Shown here: piece after piece, positions 1 through 10,692 of the stretch
How the letters are laid out: every line of letters starts with the position of its first letter
Position numbering within the stretch: the first letter of the stretch is position 1
Source of the DNA: Azolla caroliniana
Taxonomy: Eukaryota > Plantae > Polypodiophyta
DNA length: 64,000 nt
Direction: 5' to 3'
Assembly (NCBI GenBank): GCA_043228905.1
Contig: JBHGNT010000004.1
Location: forward strand, 6,820,001 to 6,884,000
Made by a program: the position numbers and the translations under genes
Notes under the pieces: generated by a model
Database searches by the model: none
What the model saw: only the letters and a program-made list of their open reading frames with translations
Told to the model about the DNA's origin: nothing

Positions 1-815
1 GTACATGATCCAACCACCCGGCTTCAACTCGAGCACCCATCTGAAGGCTGTTTCCGACTCAAGAAGCCACTCTTAGGCCTCAAGCAAGCACTGCGTGCTT
101 GGCATTCGAAGATAACGCAATATCTTCATCAAATCAACTTCCGTATGTCAAAATCGGACAACTCCCTCTACATACGAAGCGATTCCACAAGTCCGATCAT
201 CATCATTTTATATGTGGATGACCTAGTCATTGGAGGTGAGCATCTCGTCGAAATCAATAAAGTCAAATCCCTCCTTTCCGACAAGTTCGAGATGACGGAC
301 ATGAAGGAGCTCCACTACCTCGGCATCAAGGTAATTCGGACTCCGGTCGGAATCATGATCTCTCAATGACACTACATCCTCAACTTGTTATACAAGTTCG
401 GGATGGTTGAGTGCAAATCCGCGGCAACCCCACTCGATCGTAATCTCAAACTAGATGCAAACTCCGGCACCAAAGCATGTGAGCCGACTCAATATCGGCA
501 ACTCATCGGGAGTCTCATCTACCTCACGATCACACAATCCGATCTCAGTTATCCGGTCGGTCTCCTTAGCCAATTCATGCAAACACCGCGTGATACTCAC
601 TTGGATTGCGCTAAGCGAGTTCTACGCTACGTGAGCGGCACAATGGATTGCGGCATCCTCTATAAGACCACGATGCCAATATGACTCGAGGGGTACACAG
701 ATGCCGATTGGGCTGACTATAAAGTTGATAGAAGATCAACCTCCGGATTTGTTTTCTCCCTCGGCAGTGGAGCAATATCCTGGAGTAGCAAGAAGCAGCC
801 TACCGTCACTCTTTC

Positions 816-981
816 GAGTACGGAGGCAGAATATAGGGGCGCAGCCGTATGGCTCAAGAGGATTTTGAAGGATCTGGGCGTACCCATCAAGGATCCGACT
901 TCCCTTTACTACGACAACATGAGCAGTATCTATCTGGCTTGGAACCCGGTGTTCCACCCGCGGACAAAGCACATCGAAGTG
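816..981 (+). repeat. ~165-bp direct duplication of element A RNase H sequence, copy 1 (copy 2 at 4169-4333)
   Basis: gagtacggaggcag...catcgaagtg occurs at both positions and differs only by a 1-bp indel (ggaacccgg/ggaaccgg). Confidence 0.95.
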
Positions 982-1244
982 TTAAACCCAGTGCTCGGCC
1001 ACAACCGAGGAATAGGATCAAATCACAGAAAAACAGGAAATACAAAAATGCACGAAGACAATAGAGAGAAGAGTACACAGGATATTTTACGTGGAAAACC
1101 CTAAGTGGGAAAAACCACGGGAGTCCTCAAACTCCAACTATCACTATAAACAGAGATGTACAATGGTGAAGCTACAAGGCAACAACCTTGAGCTCACTGT
1201 CTTCGCCACAGGTGGCGGTAATACACAGAGGCAACGACCTCTTC

Positions 1245-1275
<31 letters not shown>

Positions 1276-1678
1276 CTGCTCACTTAGCTCCCACTAAGTG
1301 GAAAACCAGAAAAATGAGTAACAACATACAGCCAGCAGCACTAAACAGTTTGCCCTAAGTCATATTTATACACATATGACTTTCGGACTATTTACAAATA
1401 TAGCTTCAAAGGGCTCTTGGAAAACATATTCACAAATACGTCCCCGCATCCGGATCTCTCTCCGGGTACATTCGTCATCCGGCTCCGTAGCCGGGTCTTC
1501 ATCATCCGGTTCCGAAACCGGGTCTTCATCATCCGGTTCCGTAACCGGGTCTTCATCATCCGGTTCCGTAACCGGGTCTTCATCATCCGGTTCCGATACC
1601 GGGTACTCCTCATTCGGGTCTTCATTCCCGATTCCCGGACATCTGACCATCCCATCAGGAGGGACCGTAATCCCAACA
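980..1678 (-). repeat. 3' LTR of element B with ~5 tandem 27-bp U3 repeats (~1473-1625)
   Basis: tgttaaaccc...tcccaaca; homologous to the LTRs of C; repeat unit catcatccggttccgtaaccgggtctt. Confidence 0.9.
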
Positions 1679-1688
1679 AACTCCCCCT

Positions 1689-4167
1689 TCACTTCGGCAT
1701 GGGATGTCTTTCCAGTCCGACCCTCTTCCGGCATGCTTCCAGCTTGTCGGGTGTGAGCACCTTGGTCAGCATATCCGACCCGTTCTCGTCCGTGTGGATC
1801 TTCGTCAGCACGAACTCCTTGTCTTCTATCCTTTCCCGGATCCAGTGGTATCTACGCTGGATGTGTTTCGTCCGGGAATGGTAGGCCGCGTTCTTCGCAA
1901 GGTGGATGGCACTCTGACTATCGCAGTAGAGCCGGTACTCCTCCTGCCGGATACCAAGCTCTCTAATGAAGTCCTTCATCCATATTATTTCCTTGCCGGC
2001 TTCAACAGCCGCCATGTACTCCGCCTCCGTGGTTGACAACGCAACCGTCTTCTGCAACCTCGACTGCCACGAAACGGCTCCCCCTGCATATGTCATTACA
2101 TACCCAGATGTAGACCGGCTGGTATCCGCATCAGCCGACATGTCCGAATCGGTAAATCCATCGAGTTCGGGCTTACCGGAGCCGAATCGGAGGCACATGT
2201 TCGAAGTGCCCTTTAAGTATCGGAGTATCCATTTGACCGCGTTCCAGTGCTCCTTGCCGGGATTACTCATATACCGGCTCACCACTCCGACTGCGTATCC
2301 AATGTCCGGTCGGGTACACACCATTGCGTACATCAAGCTCCCGACGGCAGAGGCATATGGTATCTTCATCATATCCTCCTTTTCAACTTTTGTCTTGGGA
2401 CTTTGCTTGCCGGATAACTTGCAGTTTGCCGGGAGGGTTGACCCGACCGGTCTTGCTTCCGACATGTTGAACCGGTGAAGCACCTTTGTCACGTACTTCT
2501 CCTGTGACAACCACAACTGCTTCTTCTTCCGGTCCTGGATGATGTGCATCCCTAGTATTTGCCTCGCCGGACCCAGGTCCTTCATTGAGAAGGTTCGGTG
2601 AAGCGCTTTCTTCAACATCCGTATCTTGACCTGGTCCCGTCCGACGATCAACATGTCGTCCACGTACAGGAGGAGTATTAGAAAGTCTCCTCCTTCGAAC
2701 TTCTTCACAAACACGCAGTGATCAGACTGCGTTTTGTGGTACCCTTCGTCGGTCATGAAGGAGTCGAACTTCCGGTACCACTGCCGGGGAGCCTGCTTCA
2801 GTCCGTAAAGGCTCTTCTTCAACCGGCATACCAGGTGCTCCTTCCCTTTCTTCTCGAATCCTTCCGGTTGCTGCATGTAGATCTCTTCTTCGAGGTCACC
2901 GTGAAGGAATGCCGTCTTCACGTCCATCTGTTCGACCTCGAGGTCCATGCTTGCCGCTATGCTCAGCACCGTCCGGATGGAGGTCATCTTCACTACCGGG
3001 GCAAATATCTCGTCGAAGTCGACGCCCTTCTTCTGCTGGAACCCCTTCACCACGATCCTGGCTTTGTATCTCGGGGGGTTTCCGGCATCTCCCGGTTTCA
3101 GCTTGAACACCCACTTGTTTCGAAGTGCCCGCTTTCCTTTCGGCAACTCCACAAGTTCATATGTGTGGTTCTCATGCAGGGAATCCATCTCCTCCTGCAT
3201 GGCACTTAACCACCTGCGGCTATGGGTGTCAAGCTTTGCTTCTTCAAAACTCTCCGGCTCCCCCTCGTCGGTTAGCAGCACGTGCTCTGGTTCCGGAAAT
3301 CTCCGGGGGGCCCTTCTCTCTCTTAGAGGATATCTCTGTTCCGGAGCTTCGGTAACCGGCTCCTCCGTTTCCTCTTCATCCAAATCCATTTCGGGATCGG
3401 GGCCGGTTCCAGTATCAGTTTCATCTTCCTCGGCCGGTTCTGTTTCTTCACCGTCTTCGGCCGGATCCTCGAGTGCTAACCGGTCCCTTGCCGGTCGGGA
3501 CTGCTCCTCGTAGAGTTGATCCTCACCGGTCGACTTGGAGCTCTTCATCTTCTTCTCCGACTCCCAGTCGGCGAGTGTCTTGTCCTCCATGAAGATGATA
3601 TCACGACTCCGGAATATCTTCTTGTCGACCGGGTCCCATACTCGGTAGCCGAACTTGTCATCGCCGTAACCGAGGAATATGCATGGCCGGGTCTTTGGAT
3701 CTAGCTTTCCTCTCCGGTCGTTTGCCACATGCACATATGCGAGACACCCGAACACCTTCAGGTGCCGGTAGGACACTTCCTTACCGGTCCACACTTTCTG
3801 TGGCGTGTCTCCATCCAGGGGTACTGAGGGTGATCTATTTATCACATATGTCGCCGTCGACATTGCCTCAGCCCAAAATCCCTTGGGTAATTTCGCATGT
3901 GCTAGCATACTCCGGACCCTCTCCATTATGGTCCGGTTCATCCTCTCGGCCAACTCGTTCAGTTCCGGCGTCTTCGGCACAGTAAACTCGAGCCGGATTC
4001 CCTTCGAGCGACAGTACTCCTTGAACTGCCCCCGGTATTCCCCTCCGTTATCCGCTCGTATCGCTTTCAGCTTCTTGCCGGATTCCCTTTCCACTCTCGC
4101 GTGGAGTTCTTTGAAGACGCACAACACTTGGTCCTTTGTCTTCAACGGTGCCGTCCACAGCTTCCGG
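1689..4167 (-). CDS. Partial Copia pol (integrase core, RT, RNase H), open frame
   Basis: ADNGGEY and AERMNRT (integrase), LYVDD (RT), FTDSD and CDSQSA (RNase H). The first ~50 aa of the predicted ORF are antisense element A sequence. Confidence 0.9.
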
Positions 4168-4168
4168 G

Positions 4169-4333
4169 GAGTACGGAGGCAGAATATAGGGGCGCAGCCG
4201 TATGGCTCAAGAGGATTTTGAAGGATCTGGGCGTACCCATCAAGGATCCGACTTCCCTTTACTACGACAACATGAGCAGTATCTATCTGGCTTGGAACCG
4301 GTGTTCCACCCGCGGACAAAGCACATCGAAGTG
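4169..4333 (+). repeat. ~165-bp direct duplication, copy 2
   Basis: Matches 816-981 and continues into the rest of element A's RNase H (cactatcacttc). Confidence 0.95.
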
Positions 4334-4823
4334 CACTATCACTTCATCCGAGAGCGCGTTTTGGCTGGCGATGTCGACCTACAACACATTAGCACCAATC
4401 TTCAAACGACCGACATCTTCACTAAAGCCTTAGGAGCCGACAAGCTATGACAATTCATGACCGATCTCGAATTGACGATCCCTGACCTGCCAAGCTTGAG
4501 GGGGAGTACTGAAGACACTACGCAATAACGCGTAGATTCTGCAACCGCGCACTACGCAATAACGTGTGTATTCCGCAACCACGCAACGAAGCAGTGAAGA
4601 GCTGATCTACCGCGCAAAGCCGCAAAGAAAGACGCAAGCCGAAGCATAAACTTCGCAACTACGCACGCAAGCTGAAGCATAGACTTCGTAACTTCGCACA
4701 ACGCAAGCTGGAGCACGGATTCCGCAACTCCGCATAAAGCGAGTCGACGTGGACTCAAGAACGTGAGTTGAAGCGGATTTCGGATAACATCTGAAACCGA
4801 CCCGACTTGGGCTTGAGGGTGTG

Positions 4824-5122
4824 TGTTGAGAATCAAGCTCAACTTGGTCTAGTGTGTGAACTCACCTTGAGAGTGAATAGACACTCCAACGGTCAAGAGT
4901 CACCATTATGTCACCACTTTGTATCCTAGCATTTAGTGTGAGTCATAGAATCATATTCTATGACACATAACTTATGAGCTTTCACATTCCCCATGCTCCA
5001 TGAGTCTTGTAGTTAATGAAGAGAGAGGGTGACTACATAAAGCCCCTCCTCCCACCTTGTATCATGTCGGGTCTTTCTCCTTTGTTAATATACTAAACCT
5101 TGCGTATACTCTGTGTCTCTTT

Positions 5123-5182
<60 letters not shown>

Positions 5183-5247
5183 ATACACACACACACACAG
5201 TTCACACCTATTCCGCTTCACAAGAATCCATCTCTTGATTCTTTACA
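4824..5247 (+). repeat. 3' LTR of element A
   Basis: tgttgagaatcaagctcaac...ttctttaca, preceded by PPT-like ttgagggtgtg. Homologous to the split LTR of element I, which is followed by a PBS. Confidence 0.85.
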
Positions 5248-5690
5248 GGGATTAGCTCTAAAGCGTCGTGGAATAACAATGGGTAATTGCTTTTTTAGCA
5301 CTGTTCAAATGGAAGATAGTACTCATCGATTTATACAATGCCCGATTGCTTCTCAAATTTGGAGTTACATTTCTCAAATTTGGCAAGTTTTATCATGGTG
5401 TTATTTGACACCTAGACGGTGGGTGTTTGCACAATTTACACAAGTGAACCCAAAGTTAGAGACGGAGATTGTTTTTCTATTTTTGAGATATTGAGGATTG
5501 CGTCATAATTGGAATATGCACAACGCTTTTGTATTTGATGGTAGACATGGAGTGAAAGCATATCTACGAAAGTTGAGGGGAGTACTAATGTGGCAATTTT
5601 CTTTATTGGAGCAAGTGGAAATCCTTTCCTCGATGGAATGTTCGTCTTGCCTATTGGCAATTCAACATGTTCCATTACCCATGTAGTGTA
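5248..5690 (+). mobile_element. L1-type LINE 3' fragment (zf-RVT region), degenerate
   Basis: 'NCFFSTVQMEDSTHRFIQCPIASQIW' is a degenerate CCHC motif; homologous to ~7590-8000. Confidence 0.75.
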
Positions 5691-5802
5691 GTTTAGTTAG
5701 TGGGTGACCATACTTCATGGTCACAACCATTGTAAGTAGTGTTTTTTACACACATTTATTAATATAATTGTGTGTTTTCACCCGAGAGAGAGAGAGAGAG
5801 AG

Positions 5803-8040
5803 GGAGGATTAAGACCACTATATGCTCGTTCAAATGTGGTACAAATTAAGATAGGGGATGTCATTTTTGTAGACCCAACCAAGGTTATTGAGTTATGTAC
5901 TACTCATTTTAAGAATTTGATTGGGCCAAAGTTGATTATAAATGAGGACGTGTTGAAAGCACGACAAGAGTTTTATAATGTAATTGGGAGTTTCATGAAT
6001 ACAAATATTTGTCAAGAATTGGATGCTGATTTTGAAGAAGGTAAGGTGGAAAAGGTATTGTTACACCTTCCAAATGGTAAAAGCCCTGGTTGGGATGGTG
6101 TTACAAATGAAGTTTTTAAGAAGTATGTTGGCATGCTTAAGAGTCCATTGACACAAATGTTTCAACAATGTTGGGATTCTGGTTTCATGCCTTAGAGCTA
6201 AAAGGTGGGCTTAATCAAATTGATATCAAAGGTACCATCTCCGGATTTCATCAATGGAGGCCTATTTGATTGATGGGAGGGTTGTACAAAGTGTTTGCAA
6301 ATATATTATCCAATAGACTTCAGAAGTTCTTACCTCAACTTATTCATCCATCTCAATATGGTTTTATTACAGGTAGAAATATATTGCATAATGTTTTGAA
6401 TGTTCAAATGACATTTGATGGCTCGTAGATTTGCATTATTACTGTCACGGTCACACCAAGCGTGGATTAGGACGAAGCACAGATGATGGGGCTACAAACG
6501 ACGAATGAACTTGGAGCTAGATGTGACAAGGCTAGGAACTCTAGATGTTGTGAGCGACATGAGGGCATGAAGACAGAAATAAAGATAAAGGAGACAAAGA
6601 TGAGGCGAAACGGGAATACTAGATTGATGTGTCAATGATTGGTGCTTCCAGAAGGGATTCAACACCAGTCATTGACACATCAATCTAGTATTCCCGTTTA
6701 CCTCATCTTTGTCTCCTTGATCTTTATTTCTATCTTCATGCCCTCATGTCGCTCACAACATCTAGAGTTCCTTGCCTCATCACATTTAGCTCCAATTTCA
6801 TCCGTCGCTCGTAGCCCCATCATCTCTAGTCCGTGCTTGGTGTGTCCGTGACAATTACGAGATATATGTCAACGAGATCAACCATGGATATCTATAATGC
6901 AATATTTATTGAGCATGAAGGATTGGTGCATAGGAAAACAAAGATTCAAGCATCCTGGTGTTCATTACTCAATAGAAGTATTCCTCTAAAGATTCGACAT
7001 TCTGTCTGTGGACAACATTTGGTAAGATCGTGGCAAGATGCATTATCTCTTTTGAATGGGGACCATCAAGTGATCGAGAATATTGTAATTCATTACAAAA
7101 TAAATTGCTTGTTTCTTCTCAAGTGTTGTTTTGGCATGGGAAAGAGAAGTTGAGATCTCAATTCAATCGTTTATTTCAATTGGGGATTGTACATTTGGAA
7201 GATGTGGTTGATAATGAATCTCAAAGGTTGTTGGATTTTGACGATGACAAGCGATGGTTATGTATTCCCCCAAATTATGGATTTATTTGGGAGAAATTAC
7301 AAGATATACCATTGTTGCAAGGATCTTTGCCATTGAAAACAAATTTTGCACCTTGGGTGGATTGGCAATTACAAGATGGTACATGCTTGTTATAGGTCAC
7401 TACAAATATATTGTATCATCATGCGATGCCATCATTATCTTGGCTACCTCCTAAAGTAGCGAAGTTGTGGAATGTATATAAGTCAGATGCAAGGTGGTGG
7501 AAAATATTGCAATGTGGTTGGCATTCCCATCTACCATTTCGTGTAAAGGTATTCATATGGAGAGTCATGATTGGTGGGCTCCCATTAGGTTCGACACTTG
7601 TTTCTTTTGCACCGTTCCATTGGAGGATAGTACACATAAGTTCATTAAATGTCCTATAGCGTGCGCCATGTACCATTCGGAAGTACTTATCGGACATTTG
7701 GCAAGTTTTAGCCCGTTGTTGTTTGAGATCTCAACAATGGGTTTTTTCTGAATATGTTTAAAATGGATCAAATGATGAGATGGAGATATTGTTCCAATTT
7801 TTACGTTAGTGGGGTCTACAACACAATTGAAATATGTGTAATGCTTTCATGTTTGATAATAGACATGGGGTGAAAGCCTATATAAAGAAGTTGAAAGGTA
7901 TTCTCATGTGGAAATTTTGGATGTTAGCGCATGTGGGGATCATTTCCTCAAATGCATATATTCTAGTTTTTTAATAGCATTACAAGACGTCCCTCTCCCT
8001 ACATACATAGGCATTACATAGGTAGAGGAGATTACGAAGT
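5803..8040 (+). mobile_element. L1-type LINE ORF2 relic with most of RT deleted (junction ~6420)
   Basis: 'LPNGKSPGWDGVTNEVFK', 'HPSQYGFITGRNILHNVL', then 'PFRVKVFIWR' and 'CFFCTVPLEDSTHKFIKC'. Many stops. Confidence 0.8.
6443..6853. mobile_element. 411-bp fold-back (palindromic) insertion with TG...CA ends and 5-bp TSD ATTAC
   Basis: Arm 6443-6644 is the imperfect reverse complement of 6663-6853, with an 18-nt loop. ATTAC at 6438-6442 and 6854-6858. Confidence 0.92.
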
Positions 8041-8088
8041 GTTGTAACTAAGTGGATTTTACATACAATTATAGTGCTTTTACAAAAG

Positions 8089-10037
8089 AGATAGATAGAT
8101 AGATAGATTATATTATCGTCTTCAGAGGTCAAATATGACCTATGAGACCAAAAATATTACATTTCATGTGATACGTGTGAAGGTGAGTAGCAACTCTTGA
8201 TGTTCAAGAACTTTACCAATGAATGTTGCAATCGAGAGTGCACATCGTGGTTGTGAGAGAAATTCATGCAAGGATTGGGCTTGATCGAAGAGATGTGGAA
8301 AGCATGGTCGAATATGATCAAAGGCAAAGCATTGTATCAAAGTGTGATACTTAGACTCTCGAACTTGTTTAGGGCAAAGTGTGCATAGTCGGCCACTCTC
8401 ATCACTTGTAACCCGACGCCCCGTCTCACATCTCAATGCGTGCGAGCTAAGTCTCATGGAAGCAATGGTTCGAATGGCAGATATCAAGATGGGCTCTAAC
8501 ATGTATCGATGTGTACGGCTTCCCCGTTCCGCGAAGAATATGGTTTTGTAGTTAGGTGCAACATTTGTACTATAATGTGTGAAGCGTGAGCCACCACATT
8601 TGTCCCATATCATGATACATTGGCGTTGCAAAAAGGCCTCATTTACAGAGGAATCTAGTGACGCATCATGAAGCAAGTGTCTTGCATCCCATCTATCAAA
8701 CCATTTTCCTAAATCTTGCATCTAACCGGAACACAAAATTTTGCTTTTATGCGTTTTTTGGATCTTTTTGCTTGCTGCCCATGCAATTCTAGGAAGTCAA
8801 TGTGAGGGGCTTTTTTGAACCTTAAGCATGTATTCAACAACCCTTTCCATGGCCATGACCTCAATAGGAAGCGATCCCGTCTTAAGGAGGAGGAGGGTGT
8901 AGGGCGTTTGTTTCTTAACTTGTAGAAACTTTGTAAGAAAATGTTTTTGGACATTTTCAAACTCTTTCCACGTAGATTTAGGGATGCTACCGCCCCATAC
9001 TTCCACCCCATAGAGAAGAACCGGGGTCACCAAAGTGTCAAAAAGATATTTCTTGAGGACCCAACACTTAATATCTCGAAGATTGCATGTGTTCTCAAAT
9101 GCATAATATGCTCGCTTACCCACCTCTAAGCGGCGTGTAGCACATTCATTCCATTTATGATTTGAAGGAACTTTAAGGCCAAGATATTTGAAGCTTTCCA
9201 CACATTCAACTGTCTCATTGTTGTACATAATGCATGGTTTATCTCTTTTTTGACTCTTCACAAGCATAATCTTTGTTTTAGAGCTATTGACACTTAATCT
9301 AGTATGCATGCAATTTTTTTTCCAATGCCTTCATAAGCTTTTGTGCATCTCCTGAAGTATTTGCAAAAAGCACTACATCATCCACATATATAACAAAAGC
9401 ATAATCACAACATTCCCAATGACAACTTCTTTAACACATTCTTCCTTTGCAAACTTGGTAACCATTTCTTCTAATTCATCAATGCATAGACCAAATAATG
9501 TTGGTGAGAGTGGGCATCCTTGCTTAACACCAATAGTGCTATTGAAAAAATCTAAAAGTCTATCTTTCATACGCACACAACATATAACCTTCTCATATAT
9601 TCGGGAAATTACAAGCATATATTCACTTGGCACCTCAAGTTCTTCCATCCGCCTCCAAAGATGCTCACGAGGTACCATATCAAAAGCTTTCTTGAAGTCT
9701 ACAAAGCAACAATATAAACCTTTGCCTCTAAGGCGACTTTCCTCCATTAATACTCGAAGAGTGACAAGATTATCAATGGTGCTATGGTGTTTTCGAAAAC
9801 CAGTTTGTCTATAAGCTCTCTTACCATTTTTTTCTGCTCATACACTTATCTTTGATTCCATTATACATCCAAATAGTTTTGCCATTAATGAGCCAACCAT
9901 GATGGTTCGATAGTTGTTTACATTATTTACATATCCGCCTTAATGTAAAGGTTTGATCCAATTTGTAGTCCAATCATATGGCATACCATGTGTGTAATGC
10001 ATCATTAAACATATTGCATATCCATATATGTGCTTCC
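8089..10037 (-). mobile_element. RTE-like non-LTR retrotransposon, 5'-truncated and degenerate
   Basis: RT motifs 'CFVDFKKAFDMV', 'GVKQGCPLSPTLF', 'FKYLG'; C-terminal 'RLCTLCP..ESKYHTLIQC'; (ATCT)n tail at ~8089-8108; small 3' hairpin at 8126-8141. Confidence 0.85.
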
Positions 10038-10328
10038 TTTCCCGTCCATTTGAGCATAGAGAGAGAGAGAGAGAGAGAGCATTCATTGCTTTAAGGGGCC
10101 CAAAAATAGAGAGAGAGAGAGACACACACACACACACACAAACACAAGGTGCATATATGTACACACACACACACACACGCATTCACTGCCTGCTTTACAC
10201 ACTCTTTTCTTTTCTTTTCTTTTAATTTCCTCCTGCAGATCTTTTGTCTCCCCAGTCGCGTGTATGTGTGTGTGTGCGCGCGCACTTCAGACCCATTATT
10301 CTTTCTTTCTGCTCCGAGCAAGTCTCAG

Positions 10329-10403
10329 GTAAGACCCTGCATCTTTCTTTGCCTGTATTTATTTGAGAGGAAGAGAGAGGTCTGATCTACATAGGATTTG
10401 AGG

Positions 10404-10438
<35 letters not shown>

Positions 10439-10669
10439 TGATCTGTGTGATCTACATGGGTTTTGATAGATAGATTGGTAGATATGTCTGATCTACATAG
10501 GATTTGATAGAAAGAGGTTGGCCTGATCTATGTAGGATTGGAGAGTGAGTGAGTGAGAGATAGATCTGCCCCCATCTAGAGAGAATTCTACAGAGAGAGG
10601 GAGAGAGAGCTGTCCAACCTGCAAAGGAATTGAAAGAGAGATTTATCAACCAATCAGTCTAATTTACAG
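10329..10669 (+). other. Probable 5'-UTR intron of the 6PGD gene
   Basis: CAG|GTAAGA donor at 10329 and TTTACAG acceptor ending 24 nt before the ATG. Inferred from splice motifs only. Confidence 0.6.
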
Positions 10670-10692
10670 AACATCGATTTGATCCCCCCATC

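Larger units (their letters stand above)
980..4167 (-). mobile_element. Copia element B (Tork/Tnt1-like), 5'-truncated inside integrase
   Basis: 3' LTR 980-1678 (TG...CA) with PPT gtgaagggggagtt next to it. pol is nearly identical to element C. Homology to C ends at 'cttccgg' 4167. Confidence 0.93.
1..5247 (+). mobile_element. Copia element A (Ale-like), 3' part: degenerate RT/RNase H, 3' spacer and 3' LTR; interrupted by element B
   Basis: ORF pieces with YVDD, 'YRQLIGSLIYLTIT' and '[17 protein letters not shown]', broken by stops and frameshifts. 3' LTR at 4824-5247. The 5' part lies outside the window. Confidence 0.9.

Noticed and set aside
1-5247. A and I as two ends of one giant element spanning the window
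   Set aside because: They share an LTR family but are in opposite orientation and clearly diverged, with no matching TSD.
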